A stretch of DNA of 12,413 nucleotides, taken from an uncultured bacterium (GTDB lineage Bacteria > Caldisericota > Caldisericia > B22-G15). The translations under genes were made by a program, and so were the position numbers. Positions 1 to 10,571 of the stretch are shown here, one piece after another; the stretch's first letter is position 1, and each line of letters starts with the position of its first letter. The stretch spans positions 1 to 12,413 of the forward strand of contig CBFDTJ010000043.1 in assembly GCA_965612865.1 (NCBI GenBank). The letters are read 5' to 3'. A model generated the notes under the pieces. It made no database searches. It saw nothing but the letters and a program-made list of their open reading frames with translations, and was not told the origin of the DNA.

Positions 1-69
1 ATGATACGGCGACCACCGAGATCTACACCTAAGCCTTCGTCGGCAGCGTCAGATGTGTATAAGAGACAG
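1..69 (+). other. Illumina Nextera adapter contamination (P5 + i5 index CTAAGCCT + Read1/Tn5 mosaic end); not genomic
   Basis: 1-28 ATGATACGGCGACCACCGAGATCTACAC is P5 lacking its first A. 29-36 CTAAGCCT is an 8-nt i5 index (matches N/S508). 37-50 is TCGTCGGCAGCGTC. 51-69 AGATGTGTATAAGAGACAG is the 19-bp mosaic end. Confidence 0.99.
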
Positions 70-1255
70 CAATATGATATATCTTTTTTATTATAGTCTC
101 TCCCTCTGCTCTTAATCCTGCAAGGACAAGTGCTGCGCCAGCTCTGAGATCAGTAGCAGTTACCTCTGTTCCTATTAGTTGTGCAACCCCTTCTACAAAG
201 GCAGTCCTTCCCTCCACTCTTATCTTTGCGCCCATTTTTCTTAATTCAGGAACAACCATAAATCTATTCTCAAACACAGTCTCTGTAATAAGACTGACCC
301 CTTCGGCTATTGTTGCAAGAGCAAGCATTTGAGATTGTAAATCTGTGGGAAATCCAGGAAACGGCATTGTTCTTATTTCAAACTTTTTAGGCCTCTTTTT
401 AGCTATCACCCTTAGGATCTTTCCGTTCTCTACTTTTATATTAACGCCAATTTCCCTCAACTTGAATACAAGGGGTATTATATGTTCAAATATGACTGGT
501 TTTATAGTTATATCTCCCCCTGTAATGGCAGCTCCTATCATAAAGGTTCCAATCTCTACCCTATCGGGGGATAGCGTAAAATCTGTACCGTGAAGTTTTT
601 TTACTCCCTCCACCCTTATACATTTTGTGCCTGCACCCTCTATCTTTCCACCCATTGAATTTAAGAAGTTTGCAAGTTCAACTACTTCTGGCTCCTGTGC
701 GGCATTTTCAATAAAAGTTTCTCCTTCTGCAAAGACAGAGGCAAGCAGTATGTTTTCTGTAGCTCCAACAGATGGGTAATCAAGATATATCTTCGCTCCC
801 CTCATCTTCTTTACCTTTCCCTCTATCAGGGTGCCAAGAGCCTTAACATCTGCTCCAAGTGCCTTAAATCCCTTTATGTGAAGATCTACAGGTCGCGATC
901 CTATATGACATCCTCCAGGGAATGGAAGCCTTACTTTTCCAACACGGGAAAGAAGAGAGCCTACAAGAGTTATGCTTCCCCTTATTTTGCTTGCTCTTTC
1001 ATCAGTGATTTCCCAGTTTAAATTTCCAGCTTCCACGCTTACTGTTCCATCCTTTAGATGTTTTACTTTTGCACCCACTCCTCTTATTACTTCAATAAGG
1101 GTTTCCACATCCAGTAGTCTTGGTACGTTTCTTATATAGACAGGCTCATCAGTAAGGAGACTTGCTGAAATAAGAGGAAGTGCTCCATTTTTTGATCCTT
1201 GTGCTGTTATCTCACCTTTAAGTCTGTTTCCGCCTTCTATTCTATATATTTCCAT
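70..1255 (-). CDS. murA: UDP-N-acetylglucosamine 1-carboxyvinyltransferase MurA, 3' end cut off by the adapter
   Basis: Motifs GSKNGALP, LPFPGGCHIGSRPVDLH (catalytic Cys loop), SVGATEN, FPGFPTDLQ, ETVFENRF and DLRAGAALV. SD AAGGAG lies upstream of ATG 1255. The ORF-track tail (A)VSYTHLTLPTKA is translated adapter; MurA normally continues HIDRGY. Confidence 0.97.
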
Positions 1256-2342
1256 ATAAATACTCCTTTATTATCTTTAATATTCTTTCAGATGCTCTAC
1301 CATCACCAAAGGGATTATTTTTAACCCTGGGTTTCCATCCATTTTTTATAATTTTTATAGCTTCATTAACAATCCTTTCTCTTTTAGTTCCCACAAGAAA
1401 AACAAAGCCACTTTCAATTGCTTCGGGTCTTTCTGTTTCATCCCTTAAAAGAAGCATGGGTCTTTGAAGAGTAGGTATCTCTTCCTGTATTCCACCAGAA
1501 TCTGACAAAATCAAGAAACTTCTTTTAAGAAGATGTACGAAGTCTACATAATTTAGAGGTTCTACAATTTTTACGTTGCTTAAATTGGAAATTATGGGAA
1601 GGATCTTTTCTCTGACTATAGGATTTTTATGCAATGGAAAGACAAAGTATACTTCCTCCGGGAATTTAAGTGCTATCTCTTTTATAGAGAGTGCTATATT
1701 TTTAAGTCCCTTATCCCAGTTTTCTCTCCTGTGGGCAGTCACAACTATCAATTTCCTGTGGTTGGGAATTTCAAAAAGGGGACGCCTGTTCATTTCAAGA
1801 ATCTTTAATACAGCATCGACCACAGTGTTTCCTGTGACAAATATATTTTTCTCATCCACCCCTTCTCTTAATAAGTTCTCTCTTGCTATCTCAGTTGGAG
1901 CAAAGTGTAAAGTTGCAAGTTTACCTACAAGGGTTCTATTCATTTCTTCAGGAAATGGAAAGTATCTATTGTGTGTTCTTAAACCTGCTTCTACATGAGC
2001 AAGGGGTATCTTATAATAGAATGAGACAAGGGAGGATACAAAAGTTGTTGTTGTATCTCCCTGAACAAGAACAAGATCAAATCTTTCTTTCATCAAAATT
2101 TTATCCAATTTTTCAAGTATTCTCTCTGTTATTTCCGATAGAGTTTGTTTTTCCTTCATGATGTTTAATGAATAGTTTGGAGATATTTGAAAAACTGGAA
2201 AGAGATCTTCTGCCATTTCTTTATGTTGTCCTGTAAAGATTATTTTTAATTCAATATCTTTCTCTTCTTCCATAACTTTTATTAGAGGAAAGAGCTTTAT
2301 AACTTCTGGTCTTGTTCCAAATACCACACCTATTCTTTTCAT
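1242..2342 (-). CDS. wecB: UDP-N-acetylglucosamine 2-epimerase (non-hydrolysing)
   Basis: Motifs FGTRPEVIKL, TGQH, VQGDT, HVEAGLRT, PFPEE, SDSGGIQEE and PFGDGRAS. 366 aa; overlaps the murA start by 14 nt. Confidence 0.96.
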   Translation of the reverse strand: MKRIGVVFGTRPEVIKLFPLIKVMEEEKDIELKIIFTGQHKEMAEDLFPVFQISPNYSLNIMKEKQTLSEITERILEKLDKILMKERFDLVLVQGDTTTTFVSSLVSFYYKIPLAHVEAGLRTHNRYFPFPEEMNRTLVGKLATLHFAPTEIARENLLREGVDEKNIFVTGNTVVDAVLKILEMNRRPLFEIPNHRKLIVVTAHRRENWDKGLKNIALSIKEIALKFPEEVYFVFPLHKNPIVREKILPIISNLSNVKIVEPLNYVDFVHLLKRSFLILSDSGGIQEEIPTLQRPMLLLRDETERPEAIESGFVFLVGTKRERIVNEAIKIIKNGWKPRVKNNPFGDGRASERILKIIKEYLYGNI

Positions 2343-3301
2343 AGAGAAAACCTCTTTAGTATTATTATGGAGAGGATAGAGAAGAATATGGTTACAAGAT
2401 AAAGTATTAAAATTACCTGCTCCTGTTTCAGTCCGCTGAATAAGAGTTTGTAATGTATATGCTCCATATCTCCTTCAAATATATTTCTTCCCTTCCTCGC
2501 TCTTCTTATAATTGAGGAAAATGTATCTACTATTGGAAATCCTAAGGCAAGAATTGCAACAAAAAGTATCACAGATGTTGTTGTCTTTAATGCACCCCAT
2601 ACAGCTATCTCACCTACTATAAAGCCGAGAAGAAGTGATCCAGAATCCCCAAGGTACACCTTTGCTGGAGGAAAGTTAAACATAAGGAAGCCAAGTGTGA
2701 GTCCAGTTAGTCCAAAGCATAAACTGGCAACAATGAAAAGCCCCTTCTCTATGGCGACAAATGCAAGGGTTGCTGTGACTATCCCCACTACCCCAGAAGC
2801 AAGTCCATCAAGACCATCTATTAAGTTTATGGCATTGGTTATTCCTATAACCCAGAGAAGTGTAAAGGGTATACTCAGCCATCCAAGGGTTATATATCCG
2901 CCCTGAGGATTGGTTATGAAGTTGACCTTAATCCCAAAAAGTATGGGTATCACTGCTCCACCAATTTCTCCAAGGAGTTTTTGCCATGGTCTTATGTTGA
3001 ATTTGTCATCTATGAGTCCTGTAAGAAAAACAACAGTTCCGCCAAGAATAAGTGAGAGTATTTCCAGAGATGGATTTATTATGTAGAGAACTATAGAGAT
3101 TATAAGAAATGAAAAGTATATTGTTAATCCCCCGGTTCTTGGGATTGCTTTTGGTGTTATCTTTTCCCTTTCCCCTCTTCTTTCATGAGGTTTATCGAGT
3201 ATCTTAAACCTATTTCCAATATATATGGATAATGGAGTAAATACAGATGATGATATAAAGCCTATAAAAAGATAGTAAACGTGTGGAAGTATATTTTTCA
3301 T
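2339..3301 (-). CDS. wecA: Undecaprenyl-phosphate alpha-N-acetylglucosaminyl 1-phosphate transferase (WecA/TagO, MraY-like family)
   Basis: Multi-pass hydrophobic protein with IPRTGG, GLIDD, NAINLIDGLDGLA, YLGDSGS and HIHYKL motifs. ATGA-type 4-nt overlap with wecB. Confidence 0.9.
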   Translation of the reverse strand: MKNILPHVYYLFIGFISSSVFTPLSIYIGNRFKILDKPHERRGEREKITPKAIPRTGGLTIYFSFLIISIVLYIINPSLEILSLILGGTVVFLTGLIDDKFNIRPWQKLLGEIGGAVIPILFGIKVNFITNPQGGYITLGWLSIPFTLLWVIGITNAINLIDGLDGLASGVVGIVTATLAFVAIEKGLFIVASLCFGLTGLTLGFLMFNFPPAKVYLGDSGSLLLGFIVGEIAVWGALKTTTSVILFVAILALGFPIVDTFSSIIRRARKGRNIFEGDMEHIHYKLLFSGLKQEQVILILYLVTIFFSILSIIILKRFSL

Positions 3302-3952
<651 letters not shown>

Positions 3953-3964
3953 TTAAAAATTATA

Positions 3965-4795
3965 TCACAATTTGATAAATACCGCTCCTTCTATATCCTT
4001 TGAGAGAGTGGCTATCTTTTCTTTAAATTTTAATTTAGTTTCAATGTTATCTATTTTCTCTAAAGTAAATTCTGGGTATTCGAATATGAGTCTGCCCCCT
4101 TTTTTTAAATATTTTACCGACTCCGTAAGGAGAATCTTTATAAATTTAAGACCATCCTTTCCACCATTTAGAGCTTCAAGCGGCTCTCTTTTCACATCGT
4201 CATCAAGCTCATCAAGCATGCTCTCTGGAATATAGGGTGGATTGGAGATAATTAAATCAAATTCTCCTTCTACCTTTTCAAACATATTGCTTTTAACAAC
4301 TCTTCCAGAAATTCCAAATTTATCAAGATTTGCCTTAATGTTTTTTATTGCTATGGAGTTTATATCGACAAACATGCAGTTCTTAACTACTTCTTCAAGC
4401 ATTAAACTTATTCCCATAACTCCTGTTCCTGCACACATATCAAGGCAATTTTCAAATCTCTCCGTTTTGTTTACTATATGGTGCATGATCTCCTCTGTTT
4501 CAAATCTCGGGATAAAGACGCCGTCAAACACCAGAAATTTTCTTGACAGGAATATCCTTTCACCTGTTACATATGATAAAGGTTTTCCTTTTTTTCTTTC
4601 TTCAAACTTCCATATTATCTCGTTAGTATCTTTGTAAGATAGTTCTTCGTTTATTTTCAGTATAAATTCTTCTTTACTCAAACCCAGATGAGTGGAAATA
4701 ATAATTTCAGATTCAAGATAAGGGTTTTTTGTTTCTGAAAGAAGTTTTCTTCCAAGTTTAAGGAGGTCAAATACTCTATAGGTTGAGTTCTTCAA
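3965..4795 (-). CDS. prmC: Peptide chain release factor N(5)-glutamine methyltransferase PrmC/HemK
   Basis: Motifs [24 protein letters not shown] (SAM motif I), ISNPPYI and [13 protein letters not shown]; directly downstream of prfA. Start probably TTG 4795 (GAGG upstream, 276 aa); the ORF track extends to 4843. Confidence 0.92.
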   Translation of the reverse strand: MKNSTYRVFDLLKLGRKLLSETKNPYLESEIIISTHLGLSKEEFILKINEELSYKDTNEIIWKFEERKKGKPLSYVTGERIFLSRKFLVFDGVFIPRFETEEIMHHIVNKTERFENCLDMCAGTGVMGISLMLEEVVKNCMFVDINSIAIKNIKANLDKFGISGRVVKSNMFEKVEGEFDLIISNPPYIPESMLDELDDDVKREPLEALNGGKDGLKFIKILLTESVKYLKKGGRLIFEYPEFTLEKIDNIETKLKFKEKIATLSKDIEGAVFIKL

Positions 4796-5843
4796 TTTTC
4801 CTCTTTCTGTCTTCCTCTTTAAGTGCATTGATGAGTTCATCAATGTTACCTTCCAGTATTTCAGGGAGATTATATAGGGAAAGACCTATTCTGTGGTCTG
4901 TAACTCTGTTTTGCGGAAAGTTGTATGTTCTTATCTTTTCACTTCTCTCTCCCCACCCAACCTGTTTCTTTCTCTCTCTACTTATTTCCTCTTCCTTTTT
5001 CTTCTGATGCATATCAAATAGTCTTGCCTTAAGGATTTTGAGAGCCCTCTCTTTGTTTTTAAGCTGAGATCTTTCATCCTGGCATGTAACAACAATTCCT
5101 GTGGGGATATGAGTTATTCTAACTGCTGATTCAGTTTTTTGAACACATTGACCACCATGTCCACTTGCTCTGAAAACATCTATTCTTAAATCCTCTGGAT
5201 CTATTTTTACATCAATATCTTCTGCTTCAGAGAAAACTGCCACAGTTACTGTAGATGTATGAATTCTTCCAGAAGCTTCAGTTACAGGAACTCTTTGAAC
5301 TCTATGCACTCCACTTTCAAACTTTAGGTCGCCATAGGCACCTTTTCCTATTACAGAAAAAATTATTTCTTTATACCCTCCAAGATCAGTTGGATGGGAA
5401 TCCATAACCTCTATTTTCCATCCCCTTTTCTCTGCATAATAGGCGTACATTCTAAAAAGATCTGCTGCAAATAGAGCTGCTTCTTCCCCTCCTGCTGCTG
5501 CTCTTATCTCCATTATTGCATTTCTTTCGTCTCTCGGATCCTTTGGAATGAGAAGGAGAAGTAATTTATTATTTAGCTCTTCTTCCTCTTCCTTAAGCTT
5601 TTCAAGTTCTTCTTCTGCAAGTTCTTTCATTTCTTCATCCTTTAAAAGTGTTTCTGTTTCAGCTATATTTTTTCTAACCTCTTTAAGTTTTCTATAGGTT
5701 TCCACTATTTCTGAAAGTTCTCCCCTCTCCTTTACATATCTATTTAGAAGCTCAGGATTTTTGTAAATCTCTTCATCATACAACTTTTTTTCTATTTCCT
5801 GATATCTTGATTCAATTTCTTTTAATTTCTCCTCAATTCCCAT
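4776..5843 (-). CDS. prfA: Peptide chain release factor 1
   Basis: Motifs [29 protein letters not shown] (the RF1 PxT tripeptide, PVT), GRIHTS, GGQ and [14 protein letters not shown]. 355 aa. Confidence 0.98.
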   Translation of the reverse strand: MGIEEKLKEIESRYQEIEKKLYDEEIYKNPELLNRYVKERGELSEIVETYRKLKEVRKNIAETETLLKDEEMKELAEEELEKLKEEEEELNNKLLLLLIPKDPRDERNAIMEIRAAAGGEEAALFAADLFRMYAYYAEKRGWKIEVMDSHPTDLGGYKEIIFSVIGKGAYGDLKFESGVHRVQRVPVTEASGRIHTSTVTVAVFSEAEDIDVKIDPEDLRIDVFRASGHGGQCVQKTESAVRITHIPTGIVVTCQDERSQLKNKERALKILKARLFDMHQKKKEEEISRERKKQVGWGERSEKIRTYNFPQNRVTDHRIGLSLYNLPEILEGNIDELINALKEEDRKRKIEELNL

Positions 5844-6314
5844 GTTTCACCATCCTTAATAGTAGTATTTTTGTATTAAAGGTAACCTTACCAGAAGGGG
5901 TATCTCCCCATATTTCCTTTACATGGAAACCTCTAAATTTAAGAAACTCCTTTACTCCATAGGGTGTAAAGAGTTTTTTCTTTTCGTAAAAGACTTCTTT
6001 GCTATTTAAATTAATGTTTTCTATCAGGACATAATCGTTCTCTACATCTAAATTATAGATTAGAAGAGTCTTACCCTTTACTTCTATACCTTTTACAATG
6101 TAATAAAATAGATTTTCACACTCTGTATAAATTTCTCCATCAATTCCTTTCTTTATTTTTTCCCAGTCAACAGATTGATTTTCAAATAGTGAAGGTAGGA
6201 ATAAAGGATTTTTTACAATTTCTCCTTTTTCTATAAAGTCTTTATATGATAATACATTGAGATTCTTTTCTTCTATCAGTTTTTGCCATTCTCTAATTCT
6301 TTCTTCTACCCCAT
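5833..6314 (-). pseudogene. Unannotated ~160-aa reading frame (frameshifted or non-canonical start) whose C-terminus resembles class I SAM-methyltransferases
   Basis: Manual translation shows a stop-free frame from 6354 to TGA 5835-5833 (VEERIREWQKLIEEKNLNV...[48 protein letters not shown]). It fills the tdk-prfA gap and has no ATG/GTG/TTG until its last codons. The ATG overlapping the tdk stop (6314) reads ATG GGG TAG, one G short of entering this frame. Confidence 0.65.
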
Positions 6315-6907
6315 TATTTCCTTTCTCTCTGTATAATATCAGGTTTATCTGGCACTATGTGATGTCTTCTACATCTTGCCTCATACTTCTCCTGCGCTCC
6401 TATCACAACAATAGGGTCATAATAGGATGCTGGTTTTCCGTCTATTATTCTCTGAGTTCTTGTTGCTTCTTCACCACACACCATACATATAGCTGTCAAT
6501 TTATCAACCTTTTCAGCTCTGGCAAGAAGTGCTGGCATTGGTCCAAATGGTTCTCCTCTGAAATCAAGATCAAGACCTGCCACTATGACTCTAATTCCTC
6601 TATCAGCTAAAAACTCAATTACATCTACAATTTTTTCAGAAAAGAACTGTGCTTCATCAATTGCTACAACCTGCGTATCATCATCTATCTTTGCGATTAT
6701 TTCTTCTGGATGATCAACACTTATTGCTTCAACCTTTGCTCCTGAATGAGAAACTACCTTTGCTTCATCGTATCTGGTATCAAGGGAAGATTTAAAGACC
6801 TGAACTTTTTGCCTTGCAATTTTCGCTCTTCTCACCCTTCTTATAAGTTCTTCGCTCTTACCCGAGAACATACATCCAGCAATTACTTCAATCCACCCCT
6901 TTTTCAT
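6314..6907 (-). CDS. tdk: Thymidine kinase (TK1-like)
   Basis: P-loop [11 protein letters not shown], plus [21 protein letters not shown] and the Zn site CMVC...RCRRH. TAATG overlap with rho. Confidence 0.97.
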   Translation of the reverse strand: MKKGWIEVIAGCMFSGKSEELIRRVRRAKIARQKVQVFKSSLDTRYDEAKVVSHSGAKVEAISVDHPEEIIAKIDDDTQVVAIDEAQFFSEKIVDVIEFLADRGIRVIVAGLDLDFRGEPFGPMPALLARAEKVDKLTAICMVCGEEATRTQRIIDGKPASYYDPIVVIGAQEKYEARCRRHHIVPDKPDIIQRERK

Positions 6908-8250
6908 TAAGATTCCTCCTCGGGCACGATTGTATTTAGAAATTCTTTGTTGCTTTTAGTTTTTATAAGCATGTCTGCAAGCTTTTGAAGTGCCTCAAAG
7001 GTATCTGCATTAGCAAGTACTTTTCTTAAGACCCATATTCTCCTGTATTCTTCTGGATCATATAGAAGTTCCTCTCTTCTTGTTCCAGATTTCTTTACAT
7101 CTATTGCCGGGAAGACTCTTCTTTCAGCAATTCTTCTATCGAGAACGAGTTCCATGTTACCTGTTCCTTTGAATTCCTCATAGATTACTTCGTCCATCTT
7201 ACTTCCAGTTTCTATAAGAGCCGTTGCAAGTACTGTGAGGCTTCCACCCTCTTCAATATTTCTTGCAGCACCAAGAAACTTTTTTGGTCCACGTATTGCA
7301 GCAGGATCAAGTCCTCCAGATAGGGTTCTTCCAGAAGGTTGAGTTATTAAATTATATGCCCTTGTAAGTCTCGTTATTCCATCGAGGAGAATCATGACAT
7401 CGTGTCCCATCTCAACAAGTCTTTTTGCTCTTTCAAGCACAAGTTCTGTAACTCTCACATGGTTTTCTGGTGGAAGATCAAAGGTTGATGCTATCACTTC
7501 TCCCTTAACGGATCTCTCCATGTCTGTTACCTCTTCTGGTCTTTCGTCTACAAGGAGTACCATAAGTTTTATCTCAGGGTGGTTTGTTTCTACAGAGTGA
7601 GCTATTTTCTTCATAAGAGTTGTCTTACCAGCTTTTGGTGGGGAAACGATTAATCCTCTTTGACCCTTTCCAAGCGGTGCTATTAATTCAATAAGTCTTA
7701 TGGCTAAATCTCCATTGGGTGTTTCAAGTCTTATCCTCTCATTAGGGAATATTGGTGTTAGAGTTTCAAATACGGGTCTTCTCCTTGCCTGTTCAGGAAG
7801 GAGACCATTTATAGATATGATTTTTAAAAGTGCCGGGTATTTATCCTTTTCTGGTGGTTTCCTTACCCAGCCTTCAATTTCATCTCCAACTCTTAGATTA
7901 AACCTCTTTATCTGTGAGGGAGCAACATATATGTCTGAGGAAGATGGTGTGTACTTTGTTCTTAAAAACCCATAACCCTCGGGAAGAATTTCAAGTATCC
8001 CTTTTGCTATATATTGTTCTTCCTTTGGTATGTAGGGAAAATAATCGCTTTTTCTTTCAGGTTTAACCTCTACTTTAACTGCATTCTCTTTTTTTGTCTC
8101 ATCTTTACCTGCCTCTGACTCACTCATTTTCTCCAGGATCTTTTTTATCAATTCATTTTTTCTATAATGAGAGTAATTCTTAACTTTTAGATCCTGAGAA
8201 ATTTTGTAGAGTTCTTTCATAGTTTTTTTCTTTAATTCTTCTTCTCTCAT
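6907..8250 (-). CDS. rho: Transcription termination factor Rho
   Basis: Motifs [15 protein letters not shown], Walker [27 protein letters not shown] and [16 protein letters not shown] upstream of ATG 8250. Confidence 0.98.
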   Translation of the reverse strand: MREEELKKKTMKELYKISQDLKVKNYSHYRKNELIKKILEKMSESEAGKDETKKENAVKVEVKPERKSDYFPYIPKEEQYIAKGILEILPEGYGFLRTKYTPSSSDIYVAPSQIKRFNLRVGDEIEGWVRKPPEKDKYPALLKIISINGLLPEQARRRPVFETLTPIFPNERIRLETPNGDLAIRLIELIAPLGKGQRGLIVSPPKAGKTTLMKKIAHSVETNHPEIKLMVLLVDERPEEVTDMERSVKGEVIASTFDLPPENHVRVTELVLERAKRLVEMGHDVMILLDGITRLTRAYNLITQPSGRTLSGGLDPAAIRGPKKFLGAARNIEEGGSLTVLATALIETGSKMDEVIYEEFKGTGNMELVLDRRIAERRVFPAIDVKKSGTRREELLYDPEEYRRIWVLRKVLANADTFEALQKLADMLIKTKSNKEFLNTIVPEEES

Positions 8251-8279
8251 TCTTTTATACCTCCAATTTAAATTTCAAA

Positions 8280-10289
8280 TTAATGTAAAAATCTGAGGAA
8301 AAACGGTAAGAATACCAGGGATATAATACTCATCAGTTTTAATAGTATGTTTATGGAAGGTCCAGCAGTATCTTTGAATGGATCACCCACTGTATCTCCT
8401 GCCACTGCGGCCTTATGGGCAGGAGAACCCTTTCCACCAAAGAGTCCCCTCTCTATAAGTTTCTTCGCGTTATCCCATGAACCACCGGCATTTGCCATAA
8501 ATATTGCAAGAAGCGCTCCACTGACAAGTGCTCCTGCAAGGAAACCACCTAAACCATCTTTGCCAAAGAGGAACACCATTATAAAAGGAGAGGCTATTGT
8601 TATAAGAGATGGTATAATCATTTCCTTTAAAGCTCCCTGTGTGGAAATATCAACACATTTTTCGTATTCTGGTTCAGCTTTTCCTTCCATTATTCCCGGA
8701 ATTTCCTTGAATTGTCTTCTAACCTCCTCTACCATTTTATGTGCTGCTTTTTCCACAGCCGAGAGAGCGTAACTTGAAAAAAGATATGGAAGCATTCCAC
8801 CTATAAACATTGCTGCAACAACATTTGGACTTAAAATACTTATTATGGATAATTTTGCAGTTTGGGCGTAGGCAACAAAGAGAGCAAGTGCGGTTAGAAC
8901 AGCTGATCCAATGGCAAAACCTTTCCCCATTGCTGCTGTTGTGTTTCCAAAGGCATCAAGGGAGTCTGTAATTTCTCTTACCTTTGGATCTTGATGGCTC
9001 ATCTCTGCAATTCCACCCGCGTTATCTGCAATAGGACCATATGCATCAACTGATAGTGACATTCCCAATGTCGAAAGCATACCTAAACCTGCAAGAGCTA
9101 TTCCATATATTCCTGCAAATCTATAAGCTCCCCATATGGAGAGAGCAAGTATAAGAATGGGAAATATTGTACTTTCCATCCCTACTGATATTCCAGCTAA
9201 TATATTTGTAGCTGTACCTGTAGTAGAAGCCTTTGCAATTCTTTTTATTGGATTTCCACCTGTATAATATTCTGTAATTAGGCCTATGGCTACACCACTT
9301 ATAAGTCCAAGAAAAGTGGCATAGAAAGGCTCAAGACTTCCAAGATACACATTAGTAACAATATAACCTGCAATTGTAAATAGTATTGCTGTGAAGAATG
9401 TTCCTCCCCTTAAAGCATATTGAGGAGTTATATTTGTTCCAAGCTTTGATGAGAATTTCACGTAGAGAACTCCAATAATAGAAGATATGAGACCTATTGC
9501 TACAAGAATTAATGGATAGAATATTCCTTTTTCTCCGAAGGGAGCTGTTTTTGATAATGCATAGGCAATAACTATTGAGGAGACCGTTGCACCTACATAT
9601 GATTCATACAGGTCTGCTCCCATTCCAGCCACATCGCCAACATTATCACCTACATTATCTGCTATAGTTGCCGGATTTCTTGGATCATCCTCAGGGATTC
9701 CTGCTTCAACTTTTCCTACAAGGTCTGCCCCAACATCTGCAGCCTTGGTGAATATTCCCCCACCCACTCTTGCAAACAGTGCAACAAAGCTTGCACCCAT
9801 TGAATAGCCAGTGATCAATGAAAGAACACTCGTAGTTTTAATGAAACTTGCACCAATAAAATATACTATAACTAACCCCAAGATTCCTAAAGATGATACA
9901 GTTATACCCATAACTGCACCACCGGAGAAAGCTACATCAATAGCTTTTCCAGCAGAATGCCTTGCTGCGTTTGTTGTTCTTACATTTGCCCGGGTAGCAA
10001 CTGTCATTCCTACAAAACCAGAGAAAGCAGAGAGAAATGTTCCAAATATATAGGAAACCGCAACCCATGGATGGATGAGAATACCTACAATTACAGCAAA
10101 GATGAAAACTATTACGCCCATTACTTTCCATTCTCTTACAAGAAAAGCAGATGCCCCCTTTCTAATAGCTATGGAAATCTTTTTCATTTCCTGTGTCCCT
10201 TCAGGGTTTCTTAGCACTTCCCAGATGAGAAGAACTGCAAAAACAACCCCAATAATAGCAGCAGAAAATGGATAAATAAGTGAACTCAT
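8280..10289 (-). CDS. hppA: Membrane-bound K+-dependent pyrophosphatase, probably Na+-translocating
   Basis: Motifs GGIFTKAADVGADLVGKVEAGIPEDDPRNPA, DNVGDNVGD, DAYGPIADNAGG, GNTTAA and GDTVGDPFKDTAGP. The true start is ATG 10289 with SD AAGGAGG (669 aa); the ORF-track extension to 10445 runs through tRNA genes. Confidence 0.95.
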   Translation of the reverse strand: MSSLIYPFSAAIIGVVFAVLLIWEVLRNPEGTQEMKKISIAIRKGASAFLVREWKVMGVIVFIFAVIVGILIHPWVAVSYIFGTFLSAFSGFVGMTVATRANVRTTNAARHSAGKAIDVAFSGGAVMGITVSSLGILGLVIVYFIGASFIKTTSVLSLITGYSMGASFVALFARVGGGIFTKAADVGADLVGKVEAGIPEDDPRNPATIADNVGDNVGDVAGMGADLYESYVGATVSSIVIAYALSKTAPFGEKGIFYPLILVAIGLISSIIGVLYVKFSSKLGTNITPQYALRGGTFFTAILFTIAGYIVTNVYLGSLEPFYATFLGLISGVAIGLITEYYTGGNPIKRIAKASTTGTATNILAGISVGMESTIFPILILALSIWGAYRFAGIYGIALAGLGMLSTLGMSLSVDAYGPIADNAGGIAEMSHQDPKVREITDSLDAFGNTTAAMGKGFAIGSAVLTALALFVAYAQTAKLSIISILSPNVVAAMFIGGMLPYLFSSYALSAVEKAAHKMVEEVRRQFKEIPGIMEGKAEPEYEKCVDISTQGALKEMIIPSLITIASPFIMVFLFGKDGLGGFLAGALVSGALLAIFMANAGGSWDNAKKLIERGLFGGKGSPAHKAAVAGDTVGDPFKDTAGPSINILLKLMSIISLVFLPFFLRFLH

Positions 10290-10306
10290 ATTATCCTCCT
10301 TAGTTC

Positions 10307-10381
10307 TGGAGCCAGCGGCCCGACTCGAACGGGCGACCAACTGATTACGAATCAGTTGCTCTACCTCTGAGCTACGCTGGC
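10307..10381 (-). tRNA. tRNA-Thr(CGT)
   Basis: GCCAGCG TA GCTC AGAGGTA GAGC A ACTGA TT-CGT-AA TCAGT TGGTC GCCCG TTCGAGT CGGGC CGCTGGC T CCA. Complete cloverleaf, 75 nt, encoded CCA. Confidence 0.97.
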
Positions 10382-10400
10382 AAAATTGGGAAGAGGCTTC

Positions 10401-10475
10401 TGGAGCGGGAGACGGGATTCGAACCCGCGGCAGCCACCTTGGCAAGGTGGTGCTCTACCTCTGAGCTACTCCCGC
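10401..10475 (-). tRNA. tRNA-Gly(GCC)
   Basis: GCGGGAG TA GCTC AGAGGTA GAGC A CCACC TT-GCC-AA GGTGG CTGCC GCGGG TTCGAAT CCCGT CTCCCGC T CCA. 75 nt. Confidence 0.97.
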
Positions 10476-10476
10476 A

Positions 10477-10553
10477 TGGCGGGATCGACGGGATTCGAAC
10501 CCGCGATCTCCAGCGTGACAGGCTGGCGTGTTAGACCACTACACCACGACCCC
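10477..10553 (-). tRNA. tRNA-Asp(GTC)
   Basis: GGGGTCG TG GTGT AGTGGTCTA ACAC G CCAGC CT-GTC-AC GCTGG AGATC GCGGG TTCGAAT CCCGT CGATCCC G CCA. 77 nt, G discriminator. Confidence 0.97.
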
Positions 10554-10571
10554 GCGTAAATATTTGCTCAG

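Noticed and set aside
51..69. Tn5/IS50 mosaic end as a real transposon boundary
   Set aside because: It is preceded by the Illumina P5, index and Read1 sequences, so it is library adapter, not a mobile element.
29..69. Novel MurA C-terminal tail AVSYTHLTLPTKA
   Set aside because: It is the translated reverse complement of the Nextera adapter.
4776..5843. prfB-type programmed frameshift
   Set aside because: The gene is RF1 (PVT motif) and is a single uninterrupted ORF.
10290..10445. 52-aa N-terminal extension of hppA in the ORF track (721 aa)
   Set aside because: It runs through the tRNA-Gly and tRNA-Thr genes; a strong SD supports ATG 10289.
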